The translations under genes and the position numbers were made by a program. Below are positions 1 to 8,082 of a stretch of DNA of 64,000 bases, piece after piece (the stretch's first letter is position 1; every line of letters begins with the position of its first letter). The stretch covers positions 1 through 64,000 of IMG/VR virus record IMGVR_UViG_3300028129_000010, one strand, 5' to 3'. Below the pieces are notes generated by a model. That model ran no database searches. It saw only the letters and a program-made list of their open reading frames with translations, and had not been told where the DNA came from. Source of the stretch: a virus (Duplodnaviria; Caudoviricetes).

Positions 1-579
1 ATTGGTTACATTCCAACCGCCTTTTCTTTTTGGTTTTCTTTCTAACCTTCTTTCAATTATTAAATCATCTTCACCTTCAATGTTTATCATACCTCTAACC
101 ACTAAATCCTTCTCTTCATTGAATTGATTAAATACTTCTTCGTTCTTATCGGTCTTGGTTGTCTTACCAAAGAAAAGAAATTTAATTGCATCAACCGTAA
201 GTGTTGTGTTATGCGATACTATACCATTAGAATAATACTGATGAACTTTATCAACTTGGATATCATATAATGTATCTTTATCATTTAATAACTCAACACT
301 CTTAACTTTAGAAACACCATTAATTGTTTGTACTGGTTCACCAATTTCAATATCTTTAAGAACAATAAACTCACCATCCTCATTTTTTAATCTATGATAG
401 TCAGCACCCTCAACATATTTACCATCTTCAAGTTCACACCTATACACATCAGCATTCTCTTCTGTAATACCGCACCATGTAATATCATGATACCCATAAG
501 GTGTGTCAACTTGAAAACCTAAATCCCCATATTTTTCGTAAATTTCATTTAATTTACCAATTTCAATCTCTTTCTCCAT
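1..579 (-). CDS. C-terminal half of fractured gp46/SbcC/Rad50-like ATPase: IntC (124 aa) fused to C-extein; runs off window end
   Basis: Not in ORF track (no stop inside window). Hand translation from ATG at 579: MEKEIEIGKL...LYDIQVDKVHQYYSNGIVSHN|TTLTVDAIKFLFFGKTTKTDKNEEVFNQFNEEKDLVVRG...IIERRLERK. The part after HN is the SbcC/gp46 sequence that follows Walker A. Confidence 0.92.
   Translation of the reverse strand, partial: MEKEIEIGKLNEIYEKYGDLGFQVDTPYGYHDITWCGITEENADVYRCELEDGKYVEGADYHRLKNEDGEFIVLKDIEIGEPVQTINGVSKVKSVELLNDKDTLYDIQVDKVHQYYSNGIVSHNTTLTVDAIKFLFFGKTTKTDKNEEVFNQFNEEKDLVVRGMINIEGEDDLIIERRLERKPKRKGGWNVTN
208..579 (-). other. Split-intein C fragment (IntC, 124 aa)
   Basis: Block B-like GADYH (AxxH), block F LYDIQVD..HQYYSNG, block G VSHN followed by Thr +1 nucleophile. 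Confidence 0.9.
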
Positions 580-583
580 ATAA

Positions 584-616
584 CAAATATATTATTTTTT
601 ACCTAAAAATTCCAAA
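584..616 (-). promoter_or_regulatory. Bacteroidota-type sigma70 promoter for the IntC half-gene
   Basis: TTTG (616-613), 21-nt spacer, TATATTTG (591-584); ATG follows after 4 nt. Confidence 0.65.
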
Positions 617-1602
617 CATTTATTTAAAATGTTAATTTTATCTTTTTTATATTCTGAGTCCCAAATAGTTAACACTTCAAAACCATTTTCATTGGCTAAT
701 GTTATCTTATTTTTGTCTTTAACCCAAATTTCTTTAGCTGTGAGTTCTTTTCTAAAAGGGTTAGGTCTGTCTTCAGCTAAATATTTTTTAGGGTTACCAT
801 GATAATCATCACCATTATATTCAATAATTTTATTAGTATTTAAATCAGTAAAGTCGAACCTAAAAAATGATTTATTGTTGTATAATGTGTATTCACCATT
901 ATGTAATGCAAAATTTATTTTACGATTCTCCAATGGTGTGTATTCTTTTAAGATTTTAAAAAATAATTCTTGGGATATTTTAGAATATCCAGATTTAAGA
1001 TTACCATTTCTATATAATGATTTTTGCCATTTATTTTGTCTTTCGGTGAAAATCCTTAAACCTTCTTCTTCACCATGTTCCTTAATACATATTTCTTTTG
1101 AAAATGTTTGTTGTCTCTCGCTACGTTTAATTTTAGCTTCTTCTAAAGTATAACCCTTATTCATCCAGTATTCTAAACCAGCACTACCTTTCTTACCAAC
1201 TGCACTTCTCTTCCCCTCTCTTTCATCCCAAACTTTAGTGCCCTCTTCTTCACCAAATCTAGCTATACATCCTCTCAATGATACTAATTTTTGACCTTCA
1301 ATTTGAAGTATTGCTTCTTCCTTAGAATAACCTAACTTAACCCAATATTCAATATTAACTGGTCTTAGAGTTTTAATATGTTCTTCTATTAACTCCTCTC
1401 CCATACCTCTTTCTAACCAATATTCCTTAGAGTAGGCTGAACCTTTAGCCAAATTTACACCCACTTTCTTTAACCTACTAATTATAACGCTAGGGTCAAC
1501 ATTGAAGACCCTAGCTATATTGTTGGTTGATTCAAAATCATTAGTATACATCTTTACCATTTTATTAATTTCTTCTTCACTAAATTTATAAACTTTACCC
1601 AT
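592..1602 (-). mobile_element. Free-standing homing endonuclease, Vsr-like/PD-(D/E)XK (EDxHD-type) nuclease domain
   Basis: C-terminal FDF...KIIEYNGDDYH...KITLANENGFEVLTIWDSEY; N-terminal HTH-like segment and repeats EYWxxxGyxxEEA (x3) and CIxxxGEEEGxxxx (x2); sits between the two intein halves. Confidence 0.8.
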
Positions 1603-1642
1603 GATTAATTATATTTACAATTTATTATCAATAATAAATATA

Positions 1643-1661
1643 ACCTTTTAACCAAAAAGGT
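1643..1661 (-). terminator. Weak hairpin followed by U-rich run, between N-half stop and endonuclease gene
   Basis: ACCTTTT-TGGTT-AAAAGGT then TATATTTATTATT. Confidence 0.35.
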
Positions 1662-1676
1662 AAACTATTAGTAAGA

Positions 1677-2273
1677 TTATTTTAATTCATCTGGTAAAAA
1701 CCCTAATTTTTTAACTATTTCATCAACATTATACTTAACTTTAATCTTAGTGTCATACCTAACGCACTTACCACCTTGATTACTTGGCTCTGAATTAACC
1801 ACTGTAAACCCATTATAATTCTCAACAGGGAAATAGTTGTTAGGACCAAAAGATAAAAAGTTATTAACTAATAACCAAGATAATTTATATTTCTTATGTA
1901 ACTTCTCTTCTAAATCAATTGTTAATTCACCATTAACCTTATCATCTAAAGCTATGATTCTATTAAAATCTACATTCTTACCTTCTCTATCTAACCATTC
2001 TTTAAATAAACCTCTTTGGTAAGGTACGCTCATGATGTTGTTTATGTTAGCACCATCAATCTCTACAGCCTCACCCTTACTATTTGTTCTTACTGGTCTA
2101 TAAACCACATTAACATTTTGTGGTGGAATACCATATTTCTTAGAAAAATACTTCTTAACTCTAGACCTTGATTCTCTTGAGTAATTCTCAGGTTTATCAT
2201 CCCAATAAACTTTAATCTTAGCATATGGTGGTACCTTAACCACATCATTTAATATCATTTCTTTTTGTTCCAT
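1677..2273 (-). CDS. N-terminal half of fractured gp46/SbcC/Rad50 (N-extein + IntN)
   Basis: LSWLLVNNFLSFG (SbcC/SMC first strand motif) and Walker A NSEPSNQGGK, broken before the T by CVRYDTKIKV..., then stop. Confidence 0.92.
   Translation of the reverse strand: MEQKEMILNDVVKVPPYAKIKVYWDDKPENYSRESRSRVKKYFSKKYGIPPQNVNVVYRPVRTNSKGEAVEIDGANINNIMSVPYQRGLFKEWLDREGKNVDFNRIIALDDKVNGELTIDLEEKLHKKYKLSWLLVNNFLSFGPNNYFPVENYNGFTVVNSEPSNQGGKCVRYDTKIKVKYNVDEIVKKLGFLPDELK
1680..1766 (-). other. Split-intein N fragment (IntN, 29 aa)
   Basis: CVRYDTKIKVKYNVDEIVKKLGFLPDELK: Cys1 and a block A-like pattern directly after the Walker A Lys. Confidence 0.85.
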
Positions 2274-3409
2274 ATATCACTTGTGTTTGAGCCGAATAAT
2301 CCTTTTTTATTATCACCGTAGATGTCGTCATCCTCATCTTCTTTGTTTGTTGTATTATCTTGAGATTCTAACTCATCTATCTTATCATTTAATTCTTTAA
2401 TTGTTTTACCTCTCTCTTTAGATTCATCTTTGAATAACTTCAAATTATCTTTTAATTCAGTAATCTCTTCCTTTAAATCATTTATTTCTTCAGTCTTACT
2501 TTTCAAAGATTTTTTATGTTTCTTTTCATTATTATATAGAGAATTAATCTCTTCTTCTTTGAACTTTAATTCTGATTCTAAATTTTTAATTTTATTATCT
2601 TTTGTTGTATCATTAACATTATTTGATAATTCTTCCTCTAGTTCTTTAATCCTATCATCTTTAGTGGTGTTATTCTTTAAATGTGAAATATTCTTATTTA
2701 AATCGGTTATTTTCCGATTAAGTGTTTTAATTTCAACATTCTTTTCATCTTCTAATTCAGACAACATATCTTTGTACAAGATTACTTCATCTTCCAAGTC
2801 TTTAATCTTAGTTTCATTAGAATCACTATCAGCATTCATAGACTCTATGATTTCTTGATGATTTTCTTTTGTGGATTCTAACTCCTTTTGTAGGTTATTA
2901 ATTGTTTCATCGTCTGTCACATAAATTTCTTTCTCAACAATCTTTTCAACCTCCTTGATAGTTTCAATAGGTACTTCCTTTTCTACCACAATCTCTTTGA
3001 TGATTTCCACAGGAACTTCCTTTTCTACCACAATCTCCTTAATTACTTCGATTGGAACTTCCTTTTCAATAATCTTTTCAACTGGAACTTCTTTAATCAC
3101 TTCCTTCTCAATAATTTTTTCTACTGGAACTTCGATTTTCTTGATAACTTCGATTGGTACTTCTACCCTCTTCTCTACTATCCTTTCAACTTCCTTAATA
3201 ACTTCAACAGGAACCTCTTTAATGACTTCCTTTTCTACTATCTTTTCAACTTCTTTAATCTGTGCTGGTTTTTCCCATGGTACCGAACCAAACTTTTCAG
3301 ATGTAAATCCTCTAGTAACCATACTAGTTATAAACTCATCAACATTTGTTATGTTGTTAGCTTTACAGTATTCCCAGATTTCATTTTTTATTTCTTTAGG
3401 TAGTTCCAT
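2255..3409 (-). CDS. Hypothetical protein with E/K/V/I/P repeats (EVIKEVPVEK) and long coiled coil
   Basis: ORF 384 aa; residues ~50-165 are degenerate VEKEVPIEVIKE repeats; heptad-rich C-terminal half. Confidence 0.75.
   Translation of the reverse strand: MELPKEIKNEIWEYCKANNITNVDEFITSMVTRGFTSEKFGSVPWEKPAQIKEVEKIVEKEVIKEVPVEVIKEVERIVEKRVEVPIEVIKKIEVPVEKIIEKEVIKEVPVEKIIEKEVPIEVIKEIVVEKEVPVEIIKEIVVEKEVPIETIKEVEKIVEKEIYVTDDETINNLQKELESTKENHQEIIESMNADSDSNETKIKDLEDEVILYKDMLSELEDEKNVEIKTLNRKITDLNKNISHLKNNTTKDDRIKELEEELSNNVNDTTKDNKIKNLESELKFKEEEINSLYNNEKKHKKSLKSKTEEINDLKEEITELKDNLKLFKDESKERGKTIKELNDKIDELESQDNTTNKEDEDDDIYGDNKKGLFGSNTSDIWNKKK
2940..3250 (-). repeat. Degenerate coding tandem repeats (alveolin/articulin-like VPV units)
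   Basis: Repeated ggaacttc/acttccttttc units on + strand. Confidence 0.75.
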
Positions 3410-4239
3410 TATCCGTTTGTTAATTTCTCTTCACCTAACTCTAATTGTTCTAGTGAATTAATCTTAAATTGATAGAACCCATAATCAGTTTCGATATCAT
3501 GTTCTGTAAATGACTTAGATTCAATATCCCAAAATAAGAATCCATGTTTACCTACAGATTCTCCAAAGTTCTGTTGAACAAGTGAGCTAGGCATTGCTAT
3601 CGGTGTGCCTTTGTAGTCTAAAATTTGACGCTTATGTATATCTCCACACATTACAATGTTGCAACCCTCAAAGTGTTCTAAGGATGTTGCTTCTGTAAAT
3701 TCATAACCAATATCTGTTGTAGCACCAATAATAGGTGCATGATATAACCCTATATAAGTCTTATCATCACCATACTCAGCCCTGGCAGATTCAATGTCTG
3801 GTCTAGAGTTTTCATCAAAAATAGAATACACGCACCAAACAATATTATCATCTAAGATACATTCAGACTTTTTATAATATCTTATATCTAAGTCTGGTAA
3901 TAATTGTACCATTGGTGTGATTGAATCCATTCTGTCTTTGTTGTTCTCTAATAAATCATGATTACCAGCAATAATAACCACTGGTGCAATCTTTTCTAAC
4001 TTCCTTAAGAACCAGGTACCTAGTATTAATAATTCATTGGATATTGTAATTTTCTGATGCACATAGTCACCAGCAATAACAATCCTAACTTCTTCTCTAT
4101 CGTACCCAGATACTAATTCTCTAATCTTTTTTAGTGTTGTCTTAAACGCTTCACCGTACTCATCATGCATTCGATAAGTTCTGATGTGTATATCAGCTAA
4201 ATGCACAACGAATCTTACTTTTTTATTACTCATAATCAT
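3409..4239 (-). CDS. gp47/SbcD/Mre11-like metallophosphoesterase nuclease
   Basis: Motifs LADIH, AGD, AGNHD, GLYH, CGDIH; next to gp46. Confidence 0.92.
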   Translation of the reverse strand: MIMSNKKVRFVVHLADIHIRTYRMHDEYGEAFKTTLKKIRELVSGYDREEVRIVIAGDYVHQKITISNELLILGTWFLRKLEKIAPVVIIAGNHDLLENNKDRMDSITPMVQLLPDLDIRYYKKSECILDDNIVWCVYSIFDENSRPDIESARAEYGDDKTYIGLYHAPIIGATTDIGYEFTEATSLEHFEGCNIVMCGDIHKRQILDYKGTPIAMPSSLVQQNFGESVGKHGFLFWDIESKSFTEHDIETDYGFYQFKINSLEQLELGEEKLTNG

Positions 4240-4270
4240 ATAATTTTACACAAATATATTATTTTATAAT

Positions 4271-4537
4271 TTATAAGGTGAGTCTTAATACATCACCATC
4301 TTCTAAAGAAAGTGGTTTAAGTGTATAAGCTGATATTATCTCACCATTCTTAATTTCTATCAAGGTTTGGTTTGAAATGTGGAAACCATCTTCCCAATCA
4401 CCATGTAGTTTCCAAGAAACTGGGTTTAATACTGGCGTATTTTTGGGTAGATTAAATGGTGACCAAGCCACCCCTCTAGTATCAATTATTTTTGATAGTT
4501 TTATTTCACCTTTTACTATGTTACTATATGGTATCAT
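4271..4537 (-). CDS. Hypothetical protein
   Basis: 88-aa ORF tiling the - strand operon. Confidence 0.55.
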   Translation of the reverse strand: MIPYSNIVKGEIKLSKIIDTRGVAWSPFNLPKNTPVLNPVSWKLHGDWEDGFHISNQTLIEIKNGEIISAYTLKPLSLEDGDVLRLTL

Positions 4538-4554
4538 TTTATTTTATTTTTTTT

Positions 4555-4797
4555 TTAATCTTTATCATAAGTTGTATTTCCTTTTCTTAAATGTCTCAAT
4601 TCTTCCAATTTACCATTATCTCGGTTTATATCATATGTAAAATCACCTATCTCTAAAACGAACCTTTCCTTTTTCATTGGTTCATGGAAAATACCATTTA
4701 TTAATTCTCTTTTTACTGGTTCTACGAAAGTTAATTCTATTATTTCTTCCTTTTCAATATCACCAACTGGATTAACTTGCATTACTTTAATTTCCAT
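4555..4797 (-). CDS. Hypothetical protein
   Basis: 80-aa ORF overlapping the neighbouring stop; operon context. Confidence 0.55.
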   Translation of the reverse strand: MEIKVMQVNPVGDIEKEEIIELTFVEPVKRELINGIFHEPMKKERFVLEIGDFTYDINRDNGKLEELRHLRKGNTTYDKD

Positions 4798-5740
4798 TAT
4801 TTATCTTTTTTAATTCTTCTTTTAGTAATTGTTCTCTTTTCTTATTACGCTTAATTTGTAAGTACTTATAATCAAATACTTCTTGTATTCTAGGTAATGG
4901 GTCCATAGTTAAAACTCTGTTAATAAAATCATCTTCAACAAGATACTCTTTATATTTACCATCAGAAGTTAAATGAACTATAATACAACCATCAAGTTTA
5001 ATGTTTTCAAATTTAGTTCCTTTAAGCATATCTAGTATCAGTCTACCGTAAAGTGGTAATTGTATCATATAATGACTTAGTGCTGTATCCATGTAGTCTT
5101 CAAATGGTTCTAACATTGGTTCTGTATATGCGTGTACTTCAAAATTCTTGGGCTTATTCGTTTTCCAGTCACTTATTAGGAACCCTAATACACCATCAAT
5201 AAATCTAACCCATACTTTATCTGGTTGTCCTGTATACTCAAGTTCTGGGCTACCTAAAACCATTTCAGTATCTAATAAAACCCATCCATTTCTGTGCATA
5301 CTTCTTATAAAATTATGGCCAGCATCAATCATTGCGTTACCGTCAGCTGTTTGTTGCTCATCACACTCAAATATAGGTTTTCTAACGTCTTTATAAGACC
5401 CATACATGTCCAACAGGTCTGTTTCTAGTAAATAGTGGACCCTAGACCCTTTATTGTTAGCATAATCAGCTGTAGCCCTCCATTGTTTGAGTAATTCGTC
5501 TTGTTCTATTAAGTCACCATTACACATTTGCCAAGATTTGTTTAATTCTGGGAATTCTGTGTAAAATTGTTTAATGACTGTTGACACACTGGGATAATTA
5601 GACCTAACAACACCGTTTAAGTCTTTCATATAGTACGTATGTGTATCCTCAACAAAGGATAACTCTAATTCTTTTTGTCTATCAGAAATTACATCTCTGA
5701 TTTCCTTAGCAATTTTATTTAAATCGTCTTTATTTTCCAA
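4787..5740 (-). CDS. PD-(D/E)XK (RecB-like) nuclease
   Basis: H in GSRVHYLLE; E in LDTE; GQPD...ISDWKT; QLPLYG motif; likely TTG start. Confidence 0.75.
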   Translation of the reverse strand: MENKDDLNKIAKEIRDVISDRQKELELSFVEDTHTYYMKDLNGVVRSNYPSVSTVIKQFYTEFPELNKSWQMCNGDLIEQDELLKQWRATADYANNKGSRVHYLLETDLLDMYGSYKDVRKPIFECDEQQTADGNAMIDAGHNFIRSMHRNGWVLLDTEMVLGSPELEYTGQPDKVWVRFIDGVLGFLISDWKTNKPKNFEVHAYTEPMLEPFEDYMDTALSHYMIQLPLYGRLILDMLKGTKFENIKLDGCIIVHLTSDGKYKEYLVEDDFINRVLTMDPLPRIQEVFDYKYLQIKRNKKREQLLKEELKKINNGN

Positions 5741-5777
5741 AATAAAAAATTATATATTATATTATTATTTATTCAGA

Positions 5778-5809
5778 CTAATATAACACAATTTTACTAA
5801 AAAAACAAG
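5778..5809 (-). promoter_or_regulatory. Bacteroidota-type promoter variant
   Basis: CTTG, 20-nt spacer, TATATTAG upstream of 4787..5740. Confidence 0.4.
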
Positions 5810-5830
5810 TATTTATTATAAAACAGAGTT

Positions 5831-6385
5831 ATGAGAAAATTCATAAAACAAAAACTTAGAGAGAGTTTAAGATATAGTCATGTAATAGGTGATGCGACCA
5901 AAGATAATTATAAATTATCCGAGTATAACCTACCTATGTTGTCATTAACTAAAAAAGTTAATACTACTGAAGAAGAAAGGGATATTATAAAACAATTAGA
6001 CTATACCGATATTGTTTTAGAACCTCAAAATGAAACATCACCAGTAAAAATAAAAGTATCTTTACCTTTAGAAAGAGATTTAAGCCCAGGAATAGCTTTA
6101 GACATTGATTTGGTTGGTGAAATGTTCTACCAAATACATATTTCATTAGATGAAAGTCTTAGAAAACTAGGTTTAGGGTATAAGATATATAAGGCTCTTA
6201 TAATGAATTTTGGTCATGTTTATTCTGGTAAGGGTAGAAGGCTTAATACTTCTGAAGTACCTAGGATTTGGGAAAAATTAAATAATGAACCAGGTATGAC
6301 ATGTGTCTCAAACGATATTGCTGATATGTGTGTTGCTAATAACACACCTAATAAGGATGAATTGTTATCAGCGTTCAATAATTAA
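5831..6385 (+). CDS. Putative GNAT-fold protein with basic N-terminal leader
   Basis: HISLDESLRKLGLGYKIYKAL resembles GNAT motif A (R..G.G); TATTTAT motif at 5810-5816 upstream. Confidence 0.55.
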   Translation: MRKFIKQKLRESLRYSHVIGDATKDNYKLSEYNLPMLSLTKKVNTTEEERDIIKQLDYTDIVLEPQNETSPVKIKVSLPLERDLSPGIALDIDLVGEMFYQIHISLDESLRKLGLGYKIYKALIMNFGHVYSGKGRRLNTSEVPRIWEKLNNEPGMTCVSNDIADMCVANNTPNKDELLSAFNN

Positions 6386-7326
6386 TACAATTTACTTTCT
6401 GGTATCTTGTGTGAATTTCTAAGTAACTTTATAATACCATTAGAACCTAATTTTTCAAATATAGATGATGGGTCATGCCTATATGGTGGAACACAAATCA
6501 TTATTCTATTATATAGATTCCCAGAATTCAAATCCTTATATACTTCTATAGCATCTTCATAAGCATCATCATCTAATAATATAACAATCTTTGATTTTGC
6601 TTTGGTATGTAATAAGTATTTAAGTTTTTCTGGTAATACTTTACCTAGCATTGGTATTGAATTAGGTATTGTTATATGGTCAAACGCACCCTCAACTAAA
6701 TATATTGTCGAATCCCAATTAATTTTATCCTCATTAAATATTATTAATTCTTTTTGTGCTACTGGGTTTAAGTATTTTGGACTTTTCCATTTATCCCATG
6801 CTCTAGCAACAAAATAATTTACATCACCAAACTCATCATATGATGGTAATATAATTCTATCGTGATACTTACCTACAACAGTATAACCAATATTATAATA
6901 TTCAATCATTTCATCAGTTATACCCCTATCAGTAACATACTTATATGCTGATTCAAAATTAAATTTATCTGAATTGTCTTGAGTTAGTTTTGTGAAACCT
7001 TTAGGTAGGTCTATCTTGGTTGGTGTGGCTTCCTTAAAGTCTCTAACATAGTCATTATCTGGTTTTAATAACTTATAGTCTTTTAATATATTCTTATTAC
7101 CATACCTCTTAATAAGATACGGTATTTTACCATGCATATTGTTTTCTAAACCACACACCCAACACCTAAAGATGTTTTTCTTATAATTTACCGCTAGTTT
7201 ATGTTTACCTTTACCCTTACCTTGTTCCGCACAAGATGGGCAATCGAATGACATCTGACCTGTCTCTTCGTTGTGTTCGTGAGGGTCACCTAGAAAGCGT
7301 TTAAATATGTTTGCAATAATTGACAT
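6382..7326 (-). CDS. dnaG: DNA primase (Zn finger + TOPRIM)
   Basis: CPSC...CWVC zinc finger, YLVEGAFD and LLDDDA TOPRIM motifs; ATG at 7326 preferred over GTG at 7332. Confidence 0.88.
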   Translation of the reverse strand: MSIIANIFKRFLGDPHEHNEETGQMSFDCPSCAEQGKGKGKHKLAVNYKKNIFRCWVCGLENNMHGKIPYLIKRYGNKNILKDYKLLKPDNDYVRDFKEATPTKIDLPKGFTKLTQDNSDKFNFESAYKYVTDRGITDEMIEYYNIGYTVVGKYHDRIILPSYDEFGDVNYFVARAWDKWKSPKYLNPVAQKELIIFNEDKINWDSTIYLVEGAFDHITIPNSIPMLGKVLPEKLKYLLHTKAKSKIVILLDDDAYEDAIEVYKDLNSGNLYNRIMICVPPYRHDPSSIFEKLGSNGIIKLLRNSHKIPESKLY

Positions 7327-7331
7327 TATCA

Positions 7332-7363
7332 CAAATATATAAACTTTATTTTAAATTTGCAAA
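7332..7363 (-). promoter_or_regulatory. Bacteroidota-type sigma70 promoter
   Basis: TTTG-N20-TATATTTG, exact consensus; ATG follows after 5 nt. Confidence 0.7.
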
Positions 7364-7373
7364 TATATTTTAA

Positions 7374-8030
7374 CTATACTGCCCACTCACCTACTTTAGA
7401 CATGTAACCTCTTACCGCACAATACGCATCAGTCATGTCAAAATTCTCTTTCTTTAGGGTTTTTGTTCTAGTGTATAACCATGTGATTTGTGGTTCTAAG
7501 TCTGCTACCTTTTCCCAAACAACAATCTTTTTATCTATATCCCAATCATAACCACCAAATAATACTGGATTCTTTTTGGCGATTTCTTTTTCAGTATATG
7601 GTTCACCTTTTTTGTTAAACCTTCTTATCTCCATTAATTCTGGGAAAGCATACTTTCTTGAGTCATATGATGATATAAATTCTGGTACAATACCTAATGT
7701 GTCATAAACTGACCTAGATATCATTCCGTTAAATCTAAGAAGTGTTGCTACTGTATTTACGTTATTAGAACGAAGAAGTGGTTCTTCTATAACTACTCTT
7801 GTTATACCTACGTCAGCATACTTATTTAAGAATTCTTCTTCAAATATCCTAGCCTTCTCGAAAAGCTCTTGTAGTTTATCTTTTGGTTGCGGTTTAATTT
7901 TTGGAGATACATGGTGTAATAATTTTAATTTACCCTTACCATTAATATTTTCAAATAATGCTATACCTATAGTTTTTGTAGATACATCTAAACCTAATAT
8001 TAAATCATTTTTACTCTCATTTAAGTTCAT
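7374..8030 (-). CDS. ruvC: RuvC-like Holliday junction resolvase
   Basis: ILGLDVS, VVIEE, DMTDA catalytic pattern. Confidence 0.8.
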   Translation of the reverse strand: MNLNESKNDLILGLDVSTKTIGIALFENINGKGKLKLLHHVSPKIKPQPKDKLQELFEKARIFEEEFLNKYADVGITRVVIEEPLLRSNNVNTVATLLRFNGMISRSVYDTLGIVPEFISSYDSRKYAFPELMEIRRFNKKGEPYTEKEIAKKNPVLFGGYDWDIDKKIVVWEKVADLEPQITWLYTRTKTLKKENFDMTDAYCAVRGYMSKVGEWAV

Positions 8031-8082
8031 ATAACTAAAATTTATAATTAAAAATAACTTAAGAATAGTAAATGTAAAGTCT

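Noticed and set aside
580-1676. Group I intron carrying the endonuclease and interrupting a contiguous intein
   Set aside because: Only 74 nt and 12 nt flank the endonuclease ORF, too little for a group I core; the N-half has a clean stop and the C-half has its own ATG and promoter.
2430-3461. Long + strand ORFs (2430..2858, 2955..3461), and similarly 53323..53874, 56112..56465, 43266..43538
   Set aside because: Antisense shadows of repetitive or biased - strand genes, with low-complexity translations and no expression signals.
4787-5740. Cas4 or CRISPR-associated system
   Set aside because: PD-(D/E)XK motifs are present but the four Fe-S cysteines are not; no cas genes or repeat-spacer array seen in the window.
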